Shown: positions 49,195-61,179 of the stretch, piece after piece
How positions within the stretch are numbered: the first letter of the stretch is position 1
Layout of the letters: each line of letters opens with the position of its first letter
DNA from: Macrostomum lignano
Taxonomy: Eukaryota
Direction of reading: 5' to 3'
Assembly: GCA_002269645.1 (NCBI GenBank)
Contig: NIVC01000572.1
Coordinates: forward strand, 248,001 to 312,000
DNA: 64,000 bases
Program-made: the position numbers and the translations under genes
Notes under the pieces: generated by a model
What the model saw: the letters and a program-made list of their open reading frames with translations, nothing else
The model's database searches: none
What the model was told of the DNA's origin: nothing

Positions 49195-50229
49195 CAAGGA
49201 CTTCTAGACTAACAGGACGTAAAACTCAAAGATCGTGCAATTTTTTGAAGGCCACGATTTCCTGGAAAAAATACACTGCGAAAATAGGAAAAAATCTGTT
49301 TTTCGTCACAAAATCTGTGATTGTATTTGATCTGGGGCAGTGAAGACTACCATTCTTTTAATTTAACATGCACAACATGTTACTCTATTATATTTTCATA
49401 TAGCTATGTAATGAAGTTTTAATTTTCATATTGTTTTCACTTTATTTCATAAGCCCAAAGTTGCAAACTCACAAGTGGCATTAGGCCTAGCCAAATATCC
49501 AATTCAAGAAAAGAAAAGCTATTCAAATTTGTAATATAATAATATTTTTAGCCTTTAAAATAAAAATTATAAAAGGACTAATCAATGTTTTTTCTTATAG
49601 ATACCTAGTAAAAATGGTTAGGGCCTATTTTTGTGATTAAGTCTATTCTTCTTAAATCTTAGTCTTAAATATAGGCTTGGCTTAAAAACTGATAATACAG
49701 CTTTCTCAAGCCTAGGTAACCAACCATGTGAAACTATGTATTGGTAATCTATAATATAATAAAAAATCATTGTCTAAATTTAATTACTTATTAGGCTAGA
49801 TAGTGTAGTGATAGGTCTAGTTCTAGTAGGCCTAAGAATTAGTATAGTTACTAAACCTACAATAATAGCTTAAGACTAAGAGTACCTACTTGCAATGTTT
49901 TTATACTTTATTTTAAAAAGAACAACACAAAAAGTTTGGCTAATGCCACTTGTGAGTCCGCAACTTTGGGCCCACGAAACAAAGTGAAAACAATATGAAA
50001 ATGAAAACTTCACTACACAGCTATATAAAAATATAATAGAGTAACATGTTGTGCATGTTAAATTAAAAGAATGGTAGTCTTCACTGCCCCAGATCAAATA
50101 CAATCACAGATTTTGTGACGAAAAACAGATTTTTTCCTATTTTCGCAGTGTATTTTTTCCAGGAAATCGTGGCCTCCAAAAAATTGCACGATCTTTGAGT
50201 TTTACGTCCTGTTAGTCTAGAAGTCCTTG
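49195..50229. mobile_element. Non-autonomous long-TIR DNA transposon, 1035 bp (P- or hAT-like)
   Basis: About 290-bp near-perfect TIRs beginning caaggacttctagactaacagg, and an 8-bp TSD atacttca (49187-49194 and 50230-50237). The core is AT-rich and non-coding. Confidence 0.93.
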
Positions 50230-50544
50230 ATACTTCATTGGGCGTCATTAAATCTCGTAATTATTGAATAGCGTCGAGACTCGATGTGATTGATACACAT
50301 ACATTTTGGTGCTGCCTATCGAATGAAGAGGCTGTGATCCTCTTAGTTCTTCATTTCACGATTGATACTTCAGGCACCAATACTATGTACAGATAAAGCA
50401 GAAGGGTGCTACAGTCGCAAATCATGGACAGCTAAAGTGGAAGCAAGCTACACTAGATTTTCTAGAAATGAGTTGGAGACCGATAAGGAACGGGAGCGTG
50501 TATCTGGCGTATTACTTATGCATTTTGTATTGTCCATAGACTAC

Positions 50545-51045
50545 AGAAACGTGTTTATTTGGCCTGGACATAGACTACAGAAACGTATTTATTATGCCTG
50601 GCCATAGACTACAGAAACGTATTTATTATGCCTGGCCATAGACTACAGAAACGTGTTTATTTGGCCTGGACATAGACTACAGAAACGTATTTATTATGCC
50701 TGGCCATAGACTACAGAAACGTATTTATTATGCCTGGCCATAGACTACAGAAACGTATTTATTATGCCTGGCCATAGACTACAGAAACGTATTTATTATG
50801 CCTGGCCATAGACTACAGAAACGCATTTATTATGCCTGGCCATAGACTACAGAAACGTATTTATTATGCCTGGCCATAGACTACAGAAACGTATTTATTA
50901 TGCCTGGCCATAGACTACAGAAACGTATTTATTATGCCTGGGCAGCCTGGCCATAGACAAGCGTAGTTATTTAGAGTTTTATGAGCTATTGCACCAGGCC
51001 AAATAGATACGTTTTTGTAGTCTATGGCCAGGCATAATAAATACG
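50545..51045. repeat. 34-bp minisatellite, about 12 copies, followed by one inverted unit
   Basis: Unit catagactacagaaacgtatttattatgcctggc. An inverted copy tagtctatggccaggcataataaatacg lies at about 51018-51045. Confidence 0.9.
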
Positions 51046-52209
51046 CTTATTATGCATATTATACATATGTTCTCAACTCGTAAACCAATTTTGCAAAGAT
51101 TCCCACAAAACTCGCGTGTCTACTGTATCCAGGAGTGTTCGGGGTGTCGTGTCCCCCCGTCTTCTTAAAGAATGGGGAGGACACAAATGATCTCGTACGG
51201 TTGCTTTGGCTTTGGATTCGTATCCCAGTAGGACACGTAGGCTATAATTTCCCTGGCTAGGATAAAATTACCTTTCCACTTCATCTGACCAGAGTGGTAA
51301 TTAAAGATTCGCATGCTGTCCTCTTTTTCATTTTCAGCAGCTTTCATTTATGCGAGGATCTGAGCAGCCCGCTGAGGCAAATAGCAGCAATCCTGATTAT
51401 GGTTATGCAGGATTAGCTAGTAGTTAAAGTTCTTGTTTGCTGATGGTGCCAACAACAGAGACAGAAAGAAAAGTTATGGCGGCCAGAGGATCAAAGAGGG
51501 TCGCAGGTGGTACAGTTCGCTTTTTTCAGCTCAGTTTGAACTGCTCTGCTTTTGTCAAAAACTCTGTCTATAGTTACATTGGAGAGTTGGCAAAATGTGT
51601 GTACATGTAGATGCCTGACGATTAGAAACTCGTTGTCTCAGTAAGGTTAAAGTAAGATTTCATTCTTACTTAGTTTAAGTGCAATCGAAAACACGAAATT
51701 TGAATCTTTGCCCCACTGCATTGATGTCCTTTAATCGTTGTGCTTCATTGATTTCGAATCTTTCCATTTATTAGAAGATTAAATTAATCTGTGCTATAAT
51801 ATATACTTAGCAACGTCTGCAGAGACGTTTCATTTCATATCTGCAGAGACTTTGATGGCCTGTTTAAATGTTCGAACTGCGTTGCGCAATGCCCCCAGTT
51901 CCTTTATGTCGCTCTGCTACAGCCTTTGCACATGCCCTCTGAATCAACGATGGCACTGATTGTTGTTGATGGATTTTAACTTTAGATGGCAACTATCAAT
52001 CTAGTTCTCAAAAAGCAATGAGCAAAAATTATTCATGCAAATCCATTAAAAGCACATTTACTTAAGAACCGATTCCTTCTTCAGTTTTATAAATCACCTT
52101 TTCGAGATAAATTGACATGAACAAAATGCTTGCTATGAATCTCTTGCTTCTAGAAGTAACAAAAGGACACAACAAAATCAAGTGCCTCACAAAGAGAGCA
52201 CGCATCCCC

Positions 52210-55200
52210 CTAAATAGCAAGCATCCCCCAGATAGCAAGCATCCCCCAGATAGCAAGCATCCCCCAGATAGCAAGCATCCTGCAGATAGCAAGAATCCCC
52301 CAGATAGCAAGAATCCCCCAGATAGCAAGAATCCCCCCAGATAGCAAGCATCCCCCAGATAGCAAGAATCCCCCAGATAGCAAGCATCCCCCAGACAGCA
52401 AGAATCCACCAGATAGCAAGCATCCTATGAATAGCAAGCATCCTGCAGATAGCAAGCATCCCCCAGATAGCAAGCATCCCCCAAATAGCAAGCATCCCCC
52501 AGATAGCAAGCATCCCCCAGATAGCAAGAATCCTGCAGATAGCAAGAATCCCCCAGATAGCAAGCATCCTGCAGATAGCAAGAATCCCCCAGATAGCAAG
52601 AATCCCCCAGATAGCAAGCATCCCCCAGATAGCAAGCATCCCACAGATAGCAAGCATCCCCCAGACAGCAAGAATCCACCAGATAGCAAGAATCCTGCAG
52701 ATAGCAAGAATCCCCCAGATAGCAAGCATCCTGCAGATAGCAAGAATCCCCCAGATAGCAAGAATCCCCCAGATAGCAAGAATCCCCCAGATAGCAAGCA
52801 TCCCCCAGATAGCAAGAATCCCCCAGATAGCAAGAATCCCCCAGATAGCAAGAATCCCCCAGATAGCAAGAATCCCCCAGATAGCAAGCATCCCCCAGAT
52901 AGCAAGCATCCCCCAGATAGCAAGCATCCCCCAGATAAAAGCATCCCCCAGATAGCAAGCATCCCCCAGATAGCAAGCATCCCCCAGATAGCAAGCATCC
53001 CCCAGATAGCAAGCATCCCCCAGATAGCAAGCATCCTGCAGATAGCAAGCATCCCCCAGATAGCAAGAATCCCCCAGATAGCAAGCATCCCCCAGATAGC
53101 AAGCATCCTGCAGATAGCAAGCATCCTGCAGATAGCAAGAATCCACCAGATAGCAAGAATCCCCCAGATAGCAAGAATCCACCAGATAGCAAGCATCCTG
53201 CAGATAGCAAGAATCCCCCAGATAGCAAGCATCCTGCAGATAGCAAGAATCCCCCAGACAGCAAGCACCCTCCAAATAGCAAGCATCCCCCAGATAGCAA
53301 GCATCCCCCAGATAAAAGCATCCTGCAGATAGCAAGAATCCCCCAGATAGCAAGAATCCCCCAGATAGCAAGAATCCCCCAGATAGCAAGCATCCTGCAG
53401 ATAGCAAGAATCCCCCAGATAGCAAGAATCCCCCAGATAGCAAGCATCCCCCAGATAGCAAGAATCCCCAAGATAGCAAGAATCCCCCAGATAGCAAGCA
53501 TCCTGCAGATAGCAAGCATCCTGCAGATAGCAAGAATCCACCAGATAGCAAGAATCCCCCAGATAGCAAGAATCCACCAGATAGCAAGCATCCTGCAGAT
53601 AGCAAGAATCCCCCAGATAGCAAGCATCCTGCAGATAGCAAGAATCCCCCAGACAGCAAGCACCCTCCAAATAGCAAGCATCCCCCAGATAGCAAGCATC
53701 CCCCAGATAAAAGCATCCTGCAGATAGCAAGAATCCCCCAGATAGCAAGAATCCCCCAGATAGCAAGAATCCCCCAGATAGCAAGCATCCTGCAGATAGC
53801 AAGAATCCTGCAGATAGCAAGAATCCTGCAGATAGCAAGAATCCCCCAGATAGCAAGCATCCTGCAGATAGCAAGAATCCCCCAGATAGCAAGAATCCCC
53901 CAGATAGCAAGAATCCCCCAGATAGCAAGAATCCCCAGATAGCAAGCATCCCCCAGATAGCAAGAATCCCCCAGATAGCAAGCATCCCCCAGATAGCAAG
54001 CATCCCCCAGATAGCAAGCATCCCCCAGATAAAAGCATCCCCCAGATAGCAAGCATCCCCCAGATAGCAAGCATCCCCCAGATAGCAAGCATCCCCCAGA
54101 TAGCAAGCATCCCCCAGATAGCAAGCATCCTGCAGATAGCAAGCATCCCCCAGATAGCAAGAATCCCCCAGATAGCAAGCATCCCCCAGACAGCAAGAAT
54201 CCACCAGATAGCAAGAATCCTGCAGATAGCAAGAATCCCCCAGATAGCAAGCATCCTGCAGATAGCAAGAATCCCCCAGATAGCAAGAATCCTCCAGATA
54301 GAAAGCATCCCCCAGATAGCAAGCATCCCCCAGATAGCAAGAATCCTCCAGATAGCAAGAATCCCCCAGATAGCAAGAAACTCCCAGATAGCAAGCATCC
54401 CCCAGATAGCAAGCATCCTGCAGTTAGCAAGCATCCCCCAGATAGCAAGCATCCCCCAGATAGCAAGCATCCCCCAGATAGCAAGCATCCCCCAGATAGC
54501 AAGCATCCCCCAGATAGCAAGCATCCCCCAGATAAAAGCATCCTGCAGATAGCAAGAATCCCCCAGACAGCAAGAATCCCCCAGATAGCAAGAATCCCCC
54601 AGATAGCAAGCATCCCCCAGACAGCAAGAATCCACCAGATAGCAAGAATCCTGCAGATAGCAAGAATCCCCCAGATAGCAAGCATCCTGCAGATAGCAAG
54701 CATCCTCCAAATAGCAAGCATCCCCCTGATAGCAAGCATCCCCCAGATAGCAAGCATCCCCCAGACAGCAAGAATCCCCCAGATAGCAAGAATCCCCCAG
54801 ATAGCAAGCATCCCCCAGATAGCAAGAATCCCCCAGATAGCAAGAATCCCCCAGATAGCAAGCATCCTGCAGATAGCAAGAATCCCCCAGACAGCAAGCA
54901 CCCTCCAAATAGCAAGCATCCCCCAGATAGCAAGCATCCCCCAGATAAAAGCATCCTGCAGATAGCAAGAATCCCCCAGACAGCAAGAATCCCCCAGATA
55001 GCAAGAATCCCCCAGATAGCAAGCATCCCCCAGACAGCAAGAATCCCCCAGATAGCAAGCATCCCCCAAATAGCAAGCATCCCCCAGATAGCAAGAATCC
55101 CCCCAGATAGCAAGCATCCCCCAGATAGCAAGCATCCCCCAGATAGCAAGAATCCCCCAGATAGCAAGAATCCCCCAGATAGCAAGCATCCTGCAGATAG

Positions 55201-55303
55201 TAAGAATGGCCCAGATAGCAAGAATCCCCCAGATAGCAAGAATCCCCCAGATAAAAGCATCCTGCAGATAGCAAGAATGGCCCAGATAGCAAGAATCCTG
55301 CAA
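52210..55303. repeat. 18-bp satellite array, about 3.1 kb
   Basis: Unit cagatagcaag(c/a)atcc(cc/tg), with 16/17-bp variants. Confidence 0.98.
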
Positions 55304-56080
55304 GGAGAGGAGAGGAGAGGAGAGGAGAGGAGAGGAGAGGAGAGGAGAGGAGAGGAGAGGAGAGGAAAGGAGAAGAGAAAAGAGGAGAGGAGAGGAGAGG
55401 AGAGGAGAGGAGAGGAGAGGAGAGGAGAGGAGAGGAGAGGAGAGGAGAGGAGAGGAGAGGAGAGGAGAGGAGAGGAGAGGAAAGGAGAAGAGAAAAGAGG
55501 AGAGGAGAGGAGAGGAGAGGAGAGGAGAGGAGAAAAGAGGAGAGGAGAGGAGAGGAGAGGAGAGGAGAGGAGAGGAGAGGAGAGGAGAGGAGAAGAGAAA
55601 AGAGGAGAGGAGAGGAGGGGAGAGGAGAGGAGAGGAGAGGAGAGGAGAAGAGAAAAGAGGAGAGGAGAGGAGAGGAGAGGAGAGGGGAGGAGAGGAGAGG
55701 AGAGGAGAGGAGAGGAGAGGAGAGGAGAGGAGAGGAGAGGAGAGGAGAGGAGAGGAGAGGAGAGGAGAAGAGAAAAGAGAGAGAGAGGAGAGGAGAGGAG
55801 AGGAGAGGAGAGGAGAGGAGAGGAGAGGAGAGGAGAGGAGAGGAGAGGAGAGGAGAGGAGAGGAGAGGAGAGGAGAGGAGAGAGAGGAGAGAGAGGAGAG
55901 GAGAGGAGAGGAGAGGAGAGGAGAGGAGAGGAGAGGAGAGGAGAGCAGGAGAGATAACTGAGAAGAGACAAACCTTGAGCAGGCTGGATTGTCATTCTAA
56001 TGTGTCCAAGGATCCCGAGGGCCGGATAGAAAGGCTGTGCGGGCCCCCAAAGGCCCGCGGGCCGGAGTAGCCCACCCTTG
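55304..56080 (-). mobile_element. (GGAGA)n tract plus hAT-like MITE terminus (duplicate of 60110-60444)
   Basis: (GGAGA)n from 55304 to about 55945, then the family block, ending in a reverse-complement terminus caagggtgggctactccggcccgcgggcc. Confidence 0.75.
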
Positions 56081-56815
56081 CGTAGTGGAATGGGATTGAG
56101 AACAACATGAAATATAATTACATGCATATCAGTTTGGTACCCTTCTAAAGACTCAGAAAAGCCAAAGCCCAAAACCGGCCGAAACTTGCTTGAAATTAAA
56201 AAAGGGCACTTGCTGGATCATGCAAAAGCCAGGGGTTCCGACACCCCTGACCCCAGATACCAAGCTGCCTAATTTCATAGTTGACAGACGACCCGCAATC
56301 AGCGAGGACGTGCGCAGATTGGCTCCCACTAATTATCATTTTTTTCACCTTACTACTAGTACAGACCGCATACTTTGCTATACACAACAGACAGTAAAAT
56401 ATTCAGAAAATGTACAAATAAAACAGCTTAAGCATTCGCAGAAAGGTCGGTTCACTCGCTGGCTAAATTTTCAAGCCTACTATTACAATGAAATGTCTGC
56501 ACAAAAAAATTCTGCTAGTACTCAATAGAGAATTCTTACTGTGCGCAATCTTCATAGACCATGCAGTCTTTCCTTTCTCTCCATCTTATTCTCTTAGCCC
56601 CCAATGTGAGTGCGCACGAAGACCCGGCGTGCACAATAGACGTCGCTAGTAAGACCCCCCCCATTCTGTCAAGCAAAATGTGGAACACAAACTACTGCAG
56701 TTATACCATCCAGTAATTTCTTCTCTATGACACAGTCTACCTATTTCAAACAAAAGTATTAATTTCGTTTCCGTAACTAACTAGCAGCTATTGCAGTATA
56801 ATTCGGGAATACAAA

Positions 56816-57538
56816 ATGCATCGGCCAATCATAAAACGATGTGAATCGGCTTTTATAGCGACTCTGATATTTTCAGCTATGGCAACCGGCATTTTCTACT
56901 TTGACAGTCACGTCAGTCAGAGTGGTCGACAGAAAGTTCAACTCAAGCAGTCATGGGTAGCTTCAGAGCAGTTCGGAGCAATCTTCGACAAGATCAGTGA
57001 GTAAAATGTGCTAGTGTATGATTGTGTCTGTACTTTCATCAAAGCACCAAACTTGAAATCTATTATATTTTTAGAGAGTAACAGCTTGTTGATGGCAGTC
57101 CAAGCAGCAAAGTCGAGAAGTCCAGCTAACGCAAAGTATCAGTATGCTAAGCTGGACGAAAGCTTTTTAATAAATAATTTTCAACGCCTCAAAACGATAG
57201 TCAGACCTTTGTCAAAAAAGTACACAGCGAAGGTGGACCAGCTGATGGTGCATCGGCTTCCCGTGGTTGACACGAAGCACTGGGAGCTGCACAGACCCAA
57301 CGGTGAGCGGCTGTCTGTTCAAGCAGTGCAGCAGCTGCTCAGAGATCCCAACTACAAAGTGCCGAACGCTGTGCACTACATCCTGCCATTCAGCGATCCG
57401 GTGATCCAGTTTCACCACTTGGTCTGCATCCTGAGCGGCGTGTGGGTTCTGCGACCCGACTTTGTGATCTTCTGGTACAGCAGCGAGCCGAAGGGACAGA
57501 AAAGGGACAGAAGGGACAGATGGCAACTATCAATCTAG
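56816..57538 (+). pseudogene. 3'-truncated duplicate of the GT32 glycosyltransferase (TM anchor and stem, no DXD domain)
   Basis: Matches 61180-61865 at a constant offset of 4364 bp, with exons 56816-56996 and 57075-57501. It then reads through the duplication junction to a stop at 57538 (...SSEPKGQKRDRRDRWQLSI*), about 214 aa. Confidence 0.85.
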
Positions 57539-57744
57539 TTCTCAAAAAGCAATGAGCAAAAATTATTCATGCAAATCCATTAAAAGCACATTTACTTAAG
57601 AACCGATTCCTTCTTCAGTTTTATAAATCACCTTTTCGAGATAAATTGACATGAACAAAATGCTTGCTATGAATCTCTTGCTTCTAGAAGTAACAAAAGG
57701 ACACAACAAAATCAAGTGCCTCACAAAGAGAGCACGCATCCCCC

Positions 57745-59107
57745 TAAATAGCAAGCATCCCCCAGATAGCAAGCATCCCCCAGATAGCAAGCATCCCCCA
57801 GATAGCAAGCATCCTGCAGATAGCAAGAATCCCCCAGATAGCAAGAATCCCCCAGATAGCAAGCATCCCCCAGATAGCAAGAATCCCCCAGATAGCAAGC
57901 ATCCCCCAGATAGCAAGAATCCCTCAGATAGCAAGCATCCCCCAGACAGCAAGAATCCACCAGATAGCAAGAATCCTGCAGATAGCAAGAATCCCCAAGA
58001 TAGCAAGCATCCTGCAGATAGCAAGAATCCCCCAGATAGCAAGAATCCCCCAGATAGCAAGCATCCCCCAGATAGCAAGAATCCCCCAGATAGCAAGAAT
58101 CCCCCAGATAGCAAGCATCCTGCAGATAGCAAGAATCCCCCAGACAGCAAGCACCCTCCAAATAGCAAGCATCCCCCAGATAGCAAGCATCCCCCAGATA
58201 AAAGCATCCTGCAGATAGCAAGAGTCCCCAGATAGCAAGCATCCTGCAGATAGCAAGAATCCCCCAGATAGCAAGAATCCCCTGATAGCAAGAATCCCCA
58301 GATAGCAAGAATCCCCCAGATAGCAAGAATCCCCCAGATAGCAAGCATCCCCCAGATAGCAAGCGTCCTGCAGATAGCAAGCATCCTGCAGATAGCAAGC
58401 ACCCTCCAAATAGCAAGCATCCCCTAGATAGCAAGCATCCCCCAGACAGCAAGAATCCCACAGATAGCAAGAATCCCCTAGAGGGCAAACATTCCCCAGA
58501 TAGCAAGAATCCCCCAGATAGCAAGAATCCCCCAGATAGCAAGCATCCTGCAGATAGCAAGAATCCCCCAGATAGCAAGAATCCCCCAGATAGCAAGCAT
58601 CCCCCAGATAGCAAGAATCCCTCAGATAGCAAGCATCCCCCAGACAGCAAGAATCCACCAGATAGCAAGAATCCTGCAGATAGCAAGAATCCCCAAGATA
58701 GCAAGCATCCTGCAGATAGCAAGAATCCCCCAGATAGCAAGAATCCCCCAGATAGCAAGCATCCCCCAGATAGCAAGAATCCCCCAGATAGCAAGAATCC
58801 CCCAGATAGCAAGCATCCTGCAGATAGCAAGAATCCCCCAGACAGCAAGCACCCTCCAAATAGCAAGCATCCCCCAGATAGCAAGCATCCCCCAGATAAA
58901 AGCATCCTGCAGATAGCAAGAATCCCCCAGATAGCAAGCATCCTGCAGATAGCAAGAATCCCCCAGATAGCAAGAATCCCCCTGATAGCAAGAATCCCCC
59001 AGATAGCAAGAATCCCCCAGATAGCAAGAATCCCCCAGATAGCAAGCATCCCCCAGATAGCAAGCGTCCTGCAGATAGCAAGCATCCTGCAGATAGCAAG
59101 CATCCTG
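57745..59107. repeat. Second 18-bp satellite array, about 1.36 kb
   Basis: Same unit as 52210-55303, and preceded by the same about 230-bp unique flank (57518-57745 matches 51984-52210). Confidence 0.97.
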
Positions 59108-59108
59108 A

Positions 59109-60613
59109 CAGCGGTGTCGGAACCTATTTCAAAGTGGGAGGGGGCTATTGGTCATGGGGCACATTGCACATGATTTTTTTAATCTAAGGGCACCTAATTC
59201 CTGCTGTCATGTCAGTTTGTGACATTGTGACAACCAAGCCAATATTCAATTCTGTGTTGGAAGTAGCCAAAAGTCTAAAAATTCCCTAATTTTCAACTAA
59301 TTCAAACATTGCGCAACTGCACTTCATTATCAATTTTTAGCAAATATCTTAAATGAATGAAAATTGCAGGGGGCAAGATCAATTATTTTCTGGATCTCTT
59401 GGCTGTTTCTTTCAGTTCCTCTTGGCGCTGCCTCTTTATTCTTTTGTCTGACGGCATTTTAGTGATTTTGATTGCAGCTCCAGCAGCGGTTTAAGTCTTG
59501 GGATTGCGGCAGACTCGGAATTCCGATCAGAGATGCCAAAGTAAAATGGCAAAATACTAAAACAGGGGTTGGCAAACTCCAGTCTGAGGGCCAAATGTGG
59601 CCCGCTAGGCCTCTCCATCCGGCCCTTGGGTCCTTGGAATCTTCACAATAACAATCCGGCCCACTCGATGTTTGTGTCTCTTCTCAGCTCTCTTCCCTCA
59701 CCTCTCTCCTCTCATCTCATCTCCTCACCTCTCTCCTCTCATCTCATCTCCTCACCTCTCTCCTCTCCTCTCATCTCCCCTTTCCTCTCCATTCTCTTCT
59801 CCCTTCCCACCTCTCTCCTCTCCTTTCTCCTCTCTTATTTTATCTCTCTTCACGTCTACTCTCTTCTCCTTTATTCCTTCGCCTCCCCTTTCTCCTGCGC
59901 TCGTATTTCTCTTCTCTATTCCCTATCCTCTCTCCCTCCTCTGGCCCGCAATCATCAGGGACTCCTGGGCGCGCGTTTCGCTTAGGGGCCCAGCGAAGCG
60001 GACCCAGAAGGGCAGCCATGCGCTGTTCACAATCTGGCCCTTAAGGTAAAAAGTTTGCTGACGCCTGCACTAAAAGCACTAGGCTTAGGCACATTCGAAA
60101 AAAACTGTTAGTGCTAGGAGGAGAAGAGAGGAGGAGAGGAGAGGAGAGGAGAGGAGAAGAGAAAAAGAGGAGAGGAGAGGAGGGGAGAGGAGAGGAGAGG
60201 AGAGGAGAGGAGAGGAGAGGAGAGGAGAGGAGAGGAGAGGAGAGGAGAGGAGAGGAGAGGAGAGGAGAGGAGAGGAGAGGAGAGGAGAGGAGAGGAGAGG
60301 AGAGGAGAGCAGGAGAGATAACTGAGAAGAGACAAACCTTGAGCAGGCTGGATTGTCATTCTAATGTGTCCAAGGATCCCGAGGGCCGGATAGAAAGGCT
60401 GTGCGGGCCCCCAAAGGCCCGCGGGCCGGAGTAGCCCACCCTTGCGTAGTGGAATGGGATTGAGAACAACATGAAATATAATTACATGCATATCAGTTTG
60501 GTACCCTTCTAAAGACTCAGAAAAGCCAAAGCCCAAAACCGGCCGAAACTTGCTTGAAATTAAAAAAGGGCACTTGCTGGATCATGCAAAAGCCAGGGGT
60601 TCCGACACCCCTG
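59109..60613. mobile_element. Possible non-autonomous DNA element bounded by 16-bp inverted repeats, containing two inverted GGAGA-family MITE copies
   Basis: cagcggtgtcggaacc (59109-59124) against ggttccgacacccctg (60598-60613), one mismatch. No TSD found. Confidence 0.45.
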
Positions 60614-61179
60614 ACCCCAGATACCAAGCTGCCTAATTTCATAGTTGACAGACGACCCGCAATCAGCGAGGACGTGCGCAGATTGGCTCCCACTAATTAT
60701 CATTTTTTTCACCTTACTACTAGTACAGACCGCATACTTTGCTATACACAACAGACAGTAAAATATTCAGAAAATGTACAAATAAAACAGCTTAAGCATT
60801 CGCAGAAAGGTCGGTTCACTCGCTGGCTAAATTTTCAAGCCTACTATTACAATGAAATGTCTGCACAAAAAAATTCTGCTAGTACTCAATAGAGAATTCT
60901 TACTGTGCGCAATCTTCATAGACCATGCAGTCTTTCCTTTCTCTCCATCTTATTCTCTTAGCCCCCAATGTGAGTGCGCACGAAGACCCGGCGTGCACAA
61001 TAGACGTCGCTAGTAAGACCCCCCCCATTCTGTCAAGCAAAATGTGGAACACAAACTACTGCAGTTATACCATCCAGTAATTTCTTCTCTATGACACAGT
61101 CTACCTATTTCAAACAAAAGTATTAATTTCGTTTCCGTAACTAACTAGCAGCTATTGCAGTATAATTCGGGAATACAAA

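Noticed and set aside
56190-56528. 112-aa ORF duplicated at 60554-60892
   Set aside because: TTG start, overlaps a transposon-like terminus and has no motif; its identity between copies reflects the recent duplication only.
52187-59103. Very long ORFs (up to 1038 aa; LLSGG/CYLGD/LAIWG and DSKHPP repeats)
   Set aside because: These are translations of the 18-bp satellite; frames switch at 16/17-bp variant units, ORFs occur in several frames on both strands, and there is no non-repetitive domain.
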